Of a stretch of 12,995 bases of DNA, positions 1 to 8,570 are shown piece by piece. A program made the position numbers and the translations under genes. The stretch covers positions 1 through 12,995 of the forward strand of contig CBFGIT010000051.1 in assembly GCA_965648905.1 (NCBI GenBank), read 5' to 3'. The notes beneath the pieces are model-generated. The model saw only the letters and a program-made list of their open reading frames with translations, ran no database searches and had not been told where the DNA came from. The number at the start of each line of letters is the position of its first letter. Position 1 is the first letter of the stretch. Origin of the DNA: a candidate division WOR-3 bacterium (GTDB lineage: Bacteria; Hydrothermota; Tepidihabitantia; Tepidihabitantales; Tepidihabitantaceae).

Positions 1-22
1 CCAGCTCACGCAGACCACCGGG
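1..22 (+). repeat. Terminal direct repeat, left copy (identical to 12974-12995)
   Basis: ccagctcacgcagaccaccggg is both the first and the last 22 nt of the window. It also occurs inside the internal target paralogs. Confidence 0.95.
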
Positions 23-333
23 TGATCCGCTTTCTCCGGAGGAAACGTCCTGCCTTTCCAGACCGGCTCACCCCAGTCGGCCTCATCCGGCGGACGGTGC
101 CCGGTCTCCTGCACAAACTTGAGATACTGCGCGTTGGTCACCGGGTGAATCCCGAGATAGAACCCGGGCAGCTCGACCGGAAACGGCTCGTCACCTTCAT
201 TGCTTCCCTTGTCTCCAGCAAGGAACTGGCCGCCGGGGACGAGCACCAGCAGGCTGCCGTCTTTCGGGTTCTCGATGAGGACGTTGTCTCTGCCTTCGGT
301 GAAGGCCAGGTAGCTGCCTGAGTCAGCGGCCAT
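1..333 (-). CDS. FGE-sulfatase/CLec-fold DGR target paralog, 5' part (runs off the left edge)
   Basis: Not in the ORF track. Manual translation from ATG at 333 (GGAG upstream, in-frame TGA at 339-337) gives [111 protein letters not shown], near-identical to the N-terminal half of 5490-6233. It is open to base 1. Confidence 0.92.
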   Translation of the reverse strand, partial: MAADSGSYLAFTEGRDNVLIENPKDGSLLVLVPGGQFLAGDKGSNEGDEPFPVELPGFYLGIHPVTNAQYLKFVQETGHRPPDEADWGEPVWKGRTFPPEKADHPVVCVSW

Positions 334-388
334 CACTCAACTCCACGTTCGCAGCGTCGGGAAGGACCCCTTGCCTCTACCCGGTCGT

Positions 389-532
389 GGGGCCGGGAAA
401 CCTTCGCATTCCCGCTACCAGCCTCCCGGCCCCTCTTCTGTATTCGGCCGCGCACGCGGCCAGGAACCGGCCTGGACTGCGGGCTGCACGCCCGGGTTGT
501 CCGTGGACCGCCCGGTTCCGGCGCCCCGAGTG
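389..532 (-). ncRNA. Structured spacer (Sp-like) segment of the DGR RNA, 3' of TR
   Basis: Non-coding gap directly 3' of TR with several inverted repeats: 389-398/424-433 (10 bp, GGGGCCGGGA), 446-452/455-461 (7 bp), 463-470/512-519 (8 bp, GGAACCGG). The position matches the spacer that primes cDNA synthesis in the Bordetella BPP-1 DGR. The boundaries are inferred. Confidence 0.65.
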
Positions 533-658
533 CTGGCACAGCGAAAACCGTTGTTGTTGTTGCGGTTCGACGGGTCATTGTTGTTGCGATACGCGCACCG
601 GAAGTTGTCCGGATTGTCGTTGTTCCACGACCCGCCGCGCACCACGCGGTTGTCGCCA
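533..658 (-). repeat. DGR template repeat (TR)
   Basis: 126 nt starting just downstream of the avd stop. In target frame it reads [41 protein letters not shown] with 13 AAY, 4 GAC and 1 TAT codons. It aligns to three VRs with mismatches at its adenines. Confidence 0.97.
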
Positions 659-669
659 TCGGCCGGGCC

Positions 670-1029
670 CTATTCATCATCATCTCGCATTTCTCTTATG
701 CTTCTCTGCCAGCCGCCGATCATGCGGCCGACATCATCCACAATCCTGGCCACGTACTCATACTGCCGGACGCTGATAAGACGTTCCTCCATGCACAGCC
801 GCACCTGGAACCGCAACCGCTCCAGCAGAAGGTTAGCCTGCCGCAACCGGGGCATACGGTCCCGAGAGTACCGCGCCTCGATGAGCTGGTCAAGCACGTC
901 GTAGGTCGTTCCGAGCATACGGTCGCCGAGCACGAACTTAAGGTCGCGCGGCAGTTTGCGCACGCGCTGCGTCATCTCACGGCACAGGTCATACGCCCTG
1001 GTGATCACAATCAGGTCGTCAGTCGCCAT
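670..1029 (-). CDS. avd: DGR accessory variability determinant (Avd, four-helix-bundle family), 119 aa
   Basis: MATDDLIVITRAYDLCREMTQRVRKLPRDLKFVLGDRM...LERLRFQVRLCMEERLISVRQYEYVARIVDDVGRMIGGW has the bAvd-like pattern (P+..+F.LG.R, C-terminal G+MIGGW), is basic, and lies immediately 5' of TR. Start moved from 1098 to ATG 1029 because the upstream part is the non-coding post-VR element. Confidence 0.93.
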   Translation of the reverse strand: MATDDLIVITRAYDLCREMTQRVRKLPRDLKFVLGDRMLGTTYDVLDQLIEARYSRDRMPRLRQANLLLERLRFQVRLCMEERLISVRQYEYVARIVDDVGRMIGGWQRSIREMRDDDE

Positions 1030-1058
1030 AGACTCATCCGGTTTCCTTGGCAAAATCG

Positions 1059-1116
1059 GCCGCTCGCTTCGCTCGCGGCACAAGTGGTAAAGCAGCAAAG
1101 CAGCAAACGGTAATCA
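1059..1116 (-). promoter_or_regulatory. Post-VR cis element, copy 1 (IMH-like tract plus hairpin)
   Basis: TGATTACCGTTTGCTGCTTTGCTGCTTTACCACTTGTG followed by the hairpin GCCGC-GA-GC-GAA-GC-GA-GCGGC (1059-1079). It is present after VRs and absent after TR, as expected for the IMH versus IMH* asymmetry. Confidence 0.75.
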
Positions 1117-1887
1117 TCGGACAGTCCTGGCACAGCGAAAACCGTCGTTGCTGGCGCGGTACGACGGGGCATCGCGGCCGCGATACGCGCACCGGAAGAC
1201 GACCGGACCGTCGTGGAAGTGCCACGACCCGCCGCGCACCACGCGGTTGTCGCCACTTTTCGGCAGTGTCAGGTCCCCTCGCTTGTACCGGTCATAGGCT
1301 TCCCTATCATACCAGTCTTCACACCACTCCCAGACGTTTCCGGCCATCTGGTAGAGTCCCCAAGGACTGCACCCTTCAGGATACTGCCAAACCCCACAGG
1401 TCGTATCACCACCCCTGTTCCCGTAATTCCGGCACCGGCGCCCAGCTTCCCAGTCGTTTCCCCACGGATACTCTCTTCCATCCACGCCCCGCGCGCCTTT
1501 CTCCCATTCCAGCTCGGTCGGCAGGCGCAGACCCGCCCACCTGCAGTACGCAGTCGCATCGCCCCAGCTCACGCAGACCACCGGGTGATCCGCTTTCTCC
1601 GGAGGAAACGTCCTGCCTTTCCACACCGGTGTGCCAAAGTCTGCCCGGTCCGGTGGCCGGTGGCCGGTCTCGTCCACAAACCGCTTGTACTGCGCGTTGG
1701 TCACCGGGTGAATCCCGAGATAGAACCCGGGCAGCTCGACCGGAAACTTCTCTTCCCCGGCCAGGAACTTCCCTGCCGGCACAAGCACCAGCAGGCTGTG
1801 GTCTTTCGGGTTCTGGATGAGCGGCTCGGCGCCGGCTTCATCAAGTACCCAGTCCCAGCATCTAATGGTGACCTGCTCCTCTACCAC
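1114..1887 (-). CDS. DGR target protein 1, stand-alone FGE-sulfatase/CLec-fold domain, 257 aa
   Basis: Motifs [70 protein letters not shown] start overlaps the Hsp70 TAG stop. C-terminal VR. Confidence 0.95.
   Translation of the reverse strand: MVEEQVTIRCWDWVLDEAGAEPLIQNPKDHSLLVLVPAGKFLAGEEKFPVELPGFYLGIHPVTNAQYKRFVDETGHRPPDRADFGTPVWKGRTFPPEKADHPVVCVSWGDATAYCRWAGLRLPTELEWEKGARGVDGREYPWGNDWEAGRRCRNYGNRGGDTTCGVWQYPEGCSPWGLYQMAGNVWEWCEDWYDREAYDRYKRGDLTLPKSGDNRVVRGGSWHFHDGPVVFRCAYRGRDAPSYRASNDGFRCARTVR
1127..1255 (-). repeat. Variable repeat VR1
   Basis: 129 nt. Versus TR: 18-19 substitutions (depending on gap placement), all at TR adenines, plus one extra codon in the W-N-N-D-N-P segment (WHFHDGP). 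Confidence 0.96.
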
Positions 1888-3509
1888 TACAGCCTTACAA
1901 CCGGATGGTCCTTGAGCATGGTCTTGCTGGTCAGGTTGTCAATCACCGTGACCAGCAGGCGGCGGTGTTCGTCGACCCGGAACGAACACAGGAAACGCTT
2001 CTTGTCGCGCTCCAGGTTGACAGGCGGGTCCGCCACAATGAACGTCGGTGATTTCCGGTTCAGACACCGGTACTCGAACTGGGTCTGCACCCGGCTTGTG
2101 CCGCACAGCCTGCCGTCTTCACCGATAATCGGGCCGGTTGCGTCGCGGCGTTTCATCTTCGAGACCTCGTAGATGAACAGCCCGAGCCGGGTCTGACCCT
2201 CGACACTGCCCGGCAGCCAGAGCTGCACCGGCGCTTGCGGGTCAGTCGGGTACTCATCACCACTCTTGAAGAGCACGGTGAAGACGTACCGGTTCTGGCT
2301 GCGGCTGAACCCCTCGATGGCGTAGTCGTGCTGAAGGAACGGCAGCACGACGCCGCGGCAGGCACCGCGCGCCACCGCGTCGAACGGCCGCTCCAGGTCC
2401 ACCCGGGAATCGAACTCACTGGTCAGGTACTGCCTTACGCACGGCATTAGGCTCGTGCCGCCGATCACCATCACGCGGGTTACGTCGGCCCGACGCATGC
2501 CGGCCCTGAGCGTCGCGTTCTCCAGCGCCAGCTCCACGGTCTCGCGCACGCGCCGGGTGAAACCGCGCGCCAGGAGCAAACAGCCGAGACAACCCCGGGT
2601 CGGGTCTTCGTTCCGGCCGGGCTCGCCCCGGCGGCAGGCATCACAGTGGCACGTGTAGGTGGTCTGAAACAGCCGGGAGCGCGCGTCGGCCAGCACCGTC
2701 ATCTGTGCCTCCGACTCTCTGGAAAGCTCAATCTTCACCTGCTCGGCCTGGCGCAGGATGACTGCGTCGAGCTCCCGACGCTCGGCCCCTTCCAGCCCGT
2801 GCCTTGAGCAGAAGTCGTCGGCCAGCCACTGGTCGATGTCCATCCCACCGAGGTCGGCTCCGGCTTTGCCCAGTTGCACGGCTTTGGGGTTACCCGGGTC
2901 GGTTCGGTCGAAGCGGACCGCAGATACGTCAAGGGTGCCGCAGCCGAAGTCAAAGACGATGAACCGGTCGTCGGCCCGCGCGCCGTCCTGGTACCCGAAG
3001 ACCGAGGCGGTCGGTTCATCCAGCACCCTCAGCCGTCTGATACCCAGCGACTCGGCGATGCGGCGCAGCCAGTCCTCGAAGTGCTCGAACGCCTCGACCG
3101 GCACGGTGAACGTGAACTCGTCGTCCCGGAACGAGACCAGGTTCCCGGCATAGCCGAGAAGCAGTTTGAGGAAGTCCTCGCCGGCCTGGGCCGGGCTTTT
3201 GTGGCCCTGCGGGGTCGGCCGGCGCTGGGTGTGCTCTTGAGCGATGCCGCGCTTCATCCAGCGAATCGTGTGCCGGTGCTCGGCCAGCCCGCGGGAAAGC
3301 ACCTGGTCGCCAATCAGGGTCTCTTTCTCCGAGTAGTGGATGAGCGACGGCGCCACATGCACCACCTGCTCCGGATGGTTCGGCCCGAGCCGGTACCGGA
3401 ACTCGGTCGTGATGCCCGGCATCGCCATCGTCTCGACCGCGCCGTTCGCTTCGTTCAACCGGGCCATCACGGTATTGCCGGTGCCGAAGTCTACCGCGAC
3501 CTTGCCCAT
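1887..3509 (-). CDS. Atypical Hsp70/DnaK-family protein, 540 aa
   Basis: Hsp70 nucleotide-binding motifs [64 protein letters not shown]. Short divergent C-terminal region with no evident helical lid. RBS AAGGAGGAG upstream. Confidence 0.92.
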   Translation of the reverse strand: MGKVAVDFGTGNTVMARLNEANGAVETMAMPGITTEFRYRLGPNHPEQVVHVAPSLIHYSEKETLIGDQVLSRGLAEHRHTIRWMKRGIAQEHTQRRPTPQGHKSPAQAGEDFLKLLLGYAGNLVSFRDDEFTFTVPVEAFEHFEDWLRRIAESLGIRRLRVLDEPTASVFGYQDGARADDRFIVFDFGCGTLDVSAVRFDRTDPGNPKAVQLGKAGADLGGMDIDQWLADDFCSRHGLEGAERRELDAVILRQAEQVKIELSRESEAQMTVLADARSRLFQTTYTCHCDACRRGEPGRNEDPTRGCLGCLLLARGFTRRVRETVELALENATLRAGMRRADVTRVMVIGGTSLMPCVRQYLTSEFDSRVDLERPFDAVARGACRGVVLPFLQHDYAIEGFSRSQNRYVFTVLFKSGDEYPTDPQAPVQLWLPGSVEGQTRLGLFIYEVSKMKRRDATGPIIGEDGRLCGTSRVQTQFEYRCLNRKSPTFIVADPPVNLERDKKRFLCSFRVDEHRRLLVTVIDNLTSKTMLKDHPVVRL

Positions 3510-3510
3510 C

Positions 3511-4059
3511 CTACTCCTCCTTTGCGCTCACCATCGCCTTCTGGAGCACCTTCTCGCCCAGACGGTATCCGGGCAGGCGCACGGTCACCGGCGTGCCGTC
3601 GTGTACCGTGCCGCCGCTCATCCGTTGGTGAAACCGGACGTCGAACCTGCCTGTTTCGCCGACTCGGCCGACCGGCTCCAGCCCGGCGCGGGCCAGTTCC
3701 TTTTCCAGGCTGCGAACCAGCCCGGCCATGTCTCGGGCCTGGACGTCTTTGCCGGCCTCGGCGAGCGTGGCCAGCGCATCGAGATTCGACAGCGGCCCGC
3801 ACAGACGCCGGAACAGCTTCTCCATCTCCGACTGCCCGGCCTGGCCGAATGCGCGGTCCCGCTCGGCGCGCAGCGCCTCGTACTCCCGGCGCAACCGTTC
3901 GATCTGCTCGTCACGCTCGCGCAGGTCCATCTCCAGCGTGGCGACTCTAGCCTGTGCCTCGGCGACCCGTACGTCGTCCGGGCCGCCTGGCGCAACCGCG
4001 CGGCTGCAGAATGCCTGCCACAACCTCGTCCAGTAACCTGGCTTGCTCCTGCTCGTCAT
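3511..4059 (-). CDS. GrpE-like nucleotide exchange factor, 182 aa
   Basis: N-terminal coiled coil followed by GrpE-like C-terminus GLEPVGRVGETGRFDVRFHQ...TVRLPGYRLGEKVLQKAMVS. Directly upstream of the Hsp70 gene, with GAGGAGG RBS. Confidence 0.85.
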   Translation of the reverse strand: MTSRSKPGYWTRLWQAFCSRAVAPGGPDDVRVAEAQARVATLEMDLRERDEQIERLRREYEALRAERDRAFGQAGQSEMEKLFRRLCGPLSNLDALATLAEAGKDVQARDMAGLVRSLEKELARAGLEPVGRVGETGRFDVRFHQRMSGGTVHDGTPVTVRLPGYRLGEKVLQKAMVSAKEE

Positions 4060-4068
4060 GGTACCTCC

Positions 4069-5343
4069 TCAGTGCTCGCGGTCCGCAAACACTGGCTCTG
4101 CCGGCATGTACTCATCCGGCGTGACAACAACCGGCTCGGGCGGGGCCGGTGCTGTGGTCCGATACGCCAGAATTGTCCGCAGCACCTTGCGCGCCGCGCC
4201 CAGACGTCCGGCAAAGGCTTCGGCCGGGGCCGCGTTCAGCGATTCAAGGTCGTTTGGGGTCGCCTTAGCCGGCCAGAACTCAAGCACCCCCGCGGCCTTG
4301 CACAACTCCTTGACCCAGCAGTTGTCATCCTCGACCTTGTCCTTGAGCAGAGCTGCTGCCCCAAGCCCGGCAGCGTGACCGGCCAGGCGCACGAGCCAGT
4401 GCGGACTTGAGTTCACCGCTGCGGCAGCGGGTGACCCGGGCTGGACCTTTGTCGCCAATGCCGAGGCCAGCCTGACACCCTCAGGCGGGTCAGCGGACTT
4501 GAGCTGCTCGGCAAGCTCAGAGTCGCTCATCCCGGCATACTTCGGGTCTTGGCCCTCGGCCAGCCAGCGCTCGAACAGGCTGCTCGTGGCGTCCGGCTTC
4601 TTCGGTGCGGCCAGGTCTGGCCCGAGCGTGTCGGCCAGCACCTGCTTGAGCAGACTGCGCAGTTCCGGGACGTCCGGCTCCCAGCCCGCGTTCTGCAGCT
4701 TCTCCAGCATCGGCAGCGAGTAGCGGAGTGGTATCTGAAGGCAGGCATCAAGCACCCGGCCCCACTCCTTGTGCCGGACAAACGACTCCAGCGCAAACCC
4801 GATTTCCCGCTCGTTGCACTCGACCAGCGGCTTGGGCCCGACCTTGCCGCCGGTCTGGCCGGTCCCGATGAACCCGACGCAGCGCTGGTCGCCACTGCGT
4901 ACCACTTCCATTACGTGCTCTTTCACGGTCGCATCGGCCCGATCGTACTCCATCCGGAGCGCCTGGAAGTCATAGTCCTCCTTGAAGTACTCGTCCAACT
5001 GACGGGTGACAAACAGGAACAGGCAGCGGCGCTCGTGGTCCTGCGGCCGCAGCTTACTGCTCACTGCTATCCGTGCGGCCGCGCCGGTCGGGTCGCCAAT
5101 CGCGACGTCGCAGAGCGCGTCAACCGCGGGCTGGGCCGCAAGCGAACTCAGCGCATCCTCGGCCGCGAGCGCGACTGCGGGGTCAGGGTTCGCAAGCGCT
5201 GCGACCAGAATCGGCACTGCTTCGGGTGAGTCCCGGTTCTCGGCCAGCCGGTGTACTGCCCGGCGCCGCCGCATCCGGCCGATGAGCGGAAACGTCGCGT
5301 CCAGAGCGCGCCGCCACTTCTCAAACTGCTTCGTTGAAGCCAT
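4069..5343 (-). CDS. HEAT/PBS-lyase-like repeat protein, about 424 aa
   Basis: AVHRLAENRDSPEAVPILVAALANPDPAVALAAEDALSSLAAQPAVDALCDVA is HEAT-like and the rest looks largely helical. ATG 5343 chosen because AAGGAG lies 6 nt upstream of it but abuts ATG 5349. Confidence 0.72.
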   Translation of the reverse strand: MASTKQFEKWRRALDATFPLIGRMRRRRAVHRLAENRDSPEAVPILVAALANPDPAVALAAEDALSSLAAQPAVDALCDVAIGDPTGAAARIAVSSKLRPQDHERRCLFLFVTRQLDEYFKEDYDFQALRMEYDRADATVKEHVMEVVRSGDQRCVGFIGTGQTGGKVGPKPLVECNEREIGFALESFVRHKEWGRVLDACLQIPLRYSLPMLEKLQNAGWEPDVPELRSLLKQVLADTLGPDLAAPKKPDATSSLFERWLAEGQDPKYAGMSDSELAEQLKSADPPEGVRLASALATKVQPGSPAAAAVNSSPHWLVRLAGHAAGLGAAALLKDKVEDDNCWVKELCKAAGVLEFWPAKATPNDLESLNAAPAEAFAGRLGAARKVLRTILAYRTTAPAPPEPVVVTPDEYMPAEPVFADREH

Positions 5344-5434
5344 TGTCATCTCCTTTCACAATCTGCACAATTCTCCAAGCCACTGCCTGGCCGATGCAAC
5401 ACAACATGTGATGCGCTTCAAGAAAAACCGCGCG

Positions 5435-5492
5435 GCCGCTCGCTTCGCTCGCGGCACAAGTGGTAAAGCAGCAAAGCAGCAAATGGTAATCA
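5435..5492 (-). promoter_or_regulatory. Post-VR cis element, copy 2 (IMH-like tract plus hairpin)
   Basis: Same as 1059-1116 except one base in the tract. Hairpin at 5435-5455. Confidence 0.75.
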
Positions 5493-6233
5493 TCGGACAG
5501 TCCTGGCACAGCGAAAACCGTAGTAGTAGTAGTAGCGGAACGACGGGGAAATGAAGTAGCGATACGCGCACCGGAAGGAGCCCGGATAGTCGTAGTTCCA
5601 CGACCCGCCGCGCACCACGCGGTTGTCGCCACTTTTCGGCAGTGTCAGGTCCCCTCGCTTGTACCGGTCATAGGCTTCCCTCTCATACCAGTCTTCACAC
5701 CACTCCCAGACGTTACCTGCCATCTGGTAGAGTCCCCAAGGACTGCACCCTTCAGGATAGGCCCAGACAGAGCACGTGGTCTCGCTGCCCCTGTTACCCC
5801 AATTCCGGCACCGGCGCCCATCTTCCCAGTCGTTTCCCCACGGATACTCTCTCCCATCCACGCCCCGCGCGCCTTTCTCCCATTCCAGCTCGGTCGGCAG
5901 GCGCAGACCCGCCCACCTGCAGTACGCAGTCGCATCGTCCCAGCTCACGCAGACCACCGGGTGATCCGCTTTCTCCGGAGGAAACGTCCTGCCTTTCCAG
6001 ACCGGCTCACCCCAGTGGGCCTTATCCGGCGGACGGTGCCCGGTCTCCTGCACAAACTTGAGATACTGCGCGTTGGTCACCGGGTGAATCCCGAGATAGA
6101 ACCCGGGCAGCTCGACCGGAAACGGCCCATCGCCTTCATCGCCCCCCTTGCCCCCGGCCAGGAACTTCCCTGCCGGCACAAGCACCAGCAGGCTGCGGTC
6201 TTTCGGATTCTCGATGAGAGTAGAAGGACCCAT
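5490..6233 (-). CDS. DGR target protein 2, stand-alone FGE-sulfatase/CLec-fold domain, 247 aa
   Basis: Same FGE-sulfatase motifs as target 1, with a near-identical core. ATG overlaps the TGA of the kinase-AAA gene (TGATG). C-terminal VR. Confidence 0.95.
   Translation of the reverse strand: MGPSTLIENPKDRSLLVLVPAGKFLAGGKGGDEGDGPFPVELPGFYLGIHPVTNAQYLKFVQETGHRPPDKAHWGEPVWKGRTFPPEKADHPVVCVSWDDATAYCRWAGLRLPTELEWEKGARGVDGREYPWGNDWEDGRRCRNWGNRGSETTCSVWAYPEGCSPWGLYQMAGNVWEWCEDWYEREAYDRYKRGDLTLPKSGDNRVVRGGSWNYDYPGSFRCAYRYFISPSFRYYYYYGFRCARTVR
5503..5631 (-). repeat. Variable repeat VR2
   Basis: 129 nt. Versus TR: 16 substitutions at adenines, 1 non-adenine change (GAC to TCC), and one extra codon (5 TAC versus 4 AAC). 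Confidence 0.96.
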
Positions 6234-8569
6234 CAGCTCACGCTCGCCTGCCGGGCATTGACCGCGGCCCAGCGGGTGATTTCGGCAATCTCGCGCGCCC
6301 GGGAACGCGAAAGCGGATAAGTACGCCCGGCCGCGGCAACGATGTCCGCGGTCTGTAGCTCACGCCCTTGGTCAAAGGCGTAGAACAGCCCGTCGTGGAT
6401 GCAGTGCTCGATTTCCGCGCCCGAGAAGCCGTCGGTTGCCTTGACCACCTCGGTCAGGTTGAACTTCGCCGGGTCCCGGTGCCGTTTGGCAAGGTGAATC
6501 CGGAGGATGGCCTCACGTTCAGACGAGTCGGGCAACCCGACGAAGAATATCTCGTCGAACCGGCCCTTGCGCAGCAGCTCAGGCGGCAGGCGGCGGATTT
6601 CGTTGGCGGTGGCGACAACAAATACCGGGCTGGTCTTGTCCTGCAGCCAGGAGAGGAATGACCCGAACACCCGTGCGGCCACACGCCCGGACACCGGCCC
6701 GCTCACACCGGCAAAGCCCTTTTCGATTTCATCTACCCAGAGGATGCACGGGCTGACCGCCTCGGCCGTCGCAATCGCCATGCGCAGATTGGCCTCGGAA
6801 GCGCCGACAATCGAGCCAAAGATGCGGCCCACGTCAAGGCGCAGCAACGGCACGCCCCAGGTGCCGGCAAGGGCGCGGGCCGCCAGACTTTTGCCGCAGC
6901 CCGGGACCCCAACGAGAAGCAAGCCTTTGGGTACGGGCAGGCCGGCATAGCGGGCGGTTCGGGCAAAGGCCGGGTAGCGCTCCGCGAACCAGTGACGCAG
7001 GTTCTCGAGCCCGCCGATGTCGGCCATGGTTTCGCTGTTGTGGTAGTACTCAAGGATGCCGCTTTTGCGGATAATCTGGCTCTTGGCCTCAGCTACCAGT
7101 CGCGGCGTTGTGGAGGAAATGCCGTTCTCGCGGATGGCCACGGCACGCAGAGCACGGCCGGCCTCGGCCATGGTCAGCCCGCTGAGCGCACGGAGAAGGA
7201 CCTGCCGGTCATCGGCGCTGAGCCGGGACTCCTGCCCGCCGGTCTTGAGGTCGGCCAGTATGCCGTTGAGCAGCGGCTCGAACTCCTCCTGGTCCGGCAA
7301 ACCGTAGGCAAACAGCGTCACCTCTTTGTCAAGCTCGTCCGGCAAAGCATACCGGGGCGAGAGGAAGATGACGCTCTTGCGGGTCGTTCGGACCGCACGG
7401 GCGGTGTCACGGATGAGCCGCACCGTCACCGGCGAGAAGTGGCGGTGGATGTCGAGGAAGACGTAGATGGCGTCGTCCGGGCTTTCGATGGCGTGGACCA
7501 GGGCGGCAGTCGGGTCTTCGATCGTCCGTTCGCTCGTCAGGTTGCCCTGGGAGTCGCGCAGGCCCCGGGAGGCACTCCAGACCAGCACATGTCGCTCGCG
7601 CCGGCGCTCCTCGCCGAGGCGACCGGCGATTCGCCGGACCGCGTCAAGCACGCGCTGCTCCTCCCAACTGACAACATATACCAGGGGCAGACTGGCGCGG
7701 ATAGTCGTCTCGAGGCGGCCCTCGTCGCCGCGAACCGATCGGGTCCGGCGGGCGATGAGCTCCAGTTCGTTGGCCAGTTCCTCGGCAGTGAGGTAGCGGC
7801 GTTCCGGGTCCTTGTCCAGCATCCGGCGAAGTACGCGGATAAGGCGGACGTCGACTTCTGCCTCCAGCAGTGCCGATTCGTCCAGCGGCGAGTACATGAT
7901 GGCATGCATCAACTCGCCGGTCTCGCCGTTGAACGGCCGTTGACCGGTGAGCATCTCGTAGAACGTGACCCCAAGAGACCACAGGTCGGCATTGGTCCCG
8001 GCTGCGCCCTGGAACTGCTCGGGTGCCATGTAGGCCACGGTGCCGACCCGGGTGCTCGCAACCGAACTGGTGTGGGCAAGCACCCGCGCGATGCCGAAGT
8101 CAAGCAACTTGGGCGTGCCGGCACCGGCGAGGAAGATGTTGGCCGGCTTGACGTCACGGTGGAGGATACGCAGGCTGTGGGCAAAGGCGAGCGCCTCAGC
8201 CACCAGGCCGGCGTAACGCAGCGCCTCCTGCTGAGGCAGACGATGGTCGCGCCGCAACCGCGCGCTGAGGCTCTCTCCTTCCAGATACTCCATAACCAGG
8301 AAAGCGATGCCCTCGTGCCGCTCAATGCCGTAGACCCGCAGGATGTTGGGATGGATGAGCCGGCTGCTCACGGCAAGTTCCTTCTCCAGCTCGGCGATGC
8401 CCTCCGGGTCCTGGTGGTGCGGAAACCCGAGGGCGAAGACCTCGCCGTCGTCCCGCCGCGCCCGGTAGACGCTCTTGAATGCGCCGCTGCCGAGAAAAGC
8501 CTCCAGGACATAGGGGCCAAAGCGCTGGCCGAGCTTGTACGGGCCACCGGGCCGATTCATGCCGTTCAT
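6233..8569 (-). CDS. Hanks-type Ser/Thr kinase fused to a Ycf46-like AAA+ ATPase, about 778 aa
   Basis: Kinase motifs [42 protein letters not shown]+ motifs Walker A GVPGCGKS, Walker [26 protein letters not shown]. Start placed at ATG 8569 (GAGGT upstream, just after the previous stop) instead of 8644. Confidence 0.92.
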   Translation of the reverse strand: MNGMNRPGGPYKLGQRFGPYVLEAFLGSGAFKSVYRARRDDGEVFALGFPHHQDPEGIAELEKELAVSSRLIHPNILRVYGIERHEGIAFLVMEYLEGESLSARLRRDHRLPQQEALRYAGLVAEALAFAHSLRILHRDVKPANIFLAGAGTPKLLDFGIARVLAHTSSVASTRVGTVAYMAPEQFQGAAGTNADLWSLGVTFYEMLTGQRPFNGETGELMHAIMYSPLDESALLEAEVDVRLIRVLRRMLDKDPERRYLTAEELANELELIARRTRSVRGDEGRLETTIRASLPLVYVVSWEEQRVLDAVRRIAGRLGEERRRERHVLVWSASRGLRDSQGNLTSERTIEDPTAALVHAIESPDDAIYVFLDIHRHFSPVTVRLIRDTARAVRTTRKSVIFLSPRYALPDELDKEVTLFAYGLPDQEEFEPLLNGILADLKTGGQESRLSADDRQVLLRALSGLTMAEAGRALRAVAIRENGISSTTPRLVAEAKSQIIRKSGILEYYHNSETMADIGGLENLRHWFAERYPAFARTARYAGLPVPKGLLLVGVPGCGKSLAARALAGTWGVPLLRLDVGRIFGSIVGASEANLRMAIATAEAVSPCILWVDEIEKGFAGVSGPVSGRVAARVFGSFLSWLQDKTSPVFVVATANEIRRLPPELLRKGRFDEIFFVGLPDSSEREAILRIHLAKRHRDPAKFNLTEVVKATDGFSGAEIEHCIHDGLFYAFDQGRELQTADIVAAAGRTYPLSRSRAREIAEITRWAAVNARQASVS

Positions 8570-8570
8570 G

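Noticed and set aside
550..625. (GTT)n and (TAG)n runs as microsatellites or a CRISPR array
   Set aside because: They are the AAC codons of TR and their TAC derivatives in VRs. There is no repeat-spacer periodicity and no cas gene.
415..645. 76-aa [17 protein letters not shown]... and overlapping ORF 333-683
   Set aside because: These are translations of the non-coding template repeat and spacer, with no RBS or N-terminal domain.
1114..1887. Calling the targets true formylglycine-generating enzymes
   Set aside because: The segment after RGGS that holds the catalytic cysteines in FGE is the hypervariable region here and lacks them, and no sulfatase gene is nearby.
1887..3509. Housekeeping dnaK
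   Set aside because: It is shorter, with divergent motifs, no canonical substrate-binding domain or lid, and an accessory context, so no gene symbol was given.
5344..5455. Intrinsic terminator or sigma70 promoter between target 2 and the HEAT gene
   Set aside because: The hairpin is followed by TTTTTCTT only in this copy and at a distance, and there is no convincing -35/-10 pair. Not enough support.
8420..8495. Kinase domain as a dead pseudokinase
   Set aside because: Loss of the beta3 Lys is matched by a Lys at the WNK position, and the HRD, DFG and APE motifs are intact.
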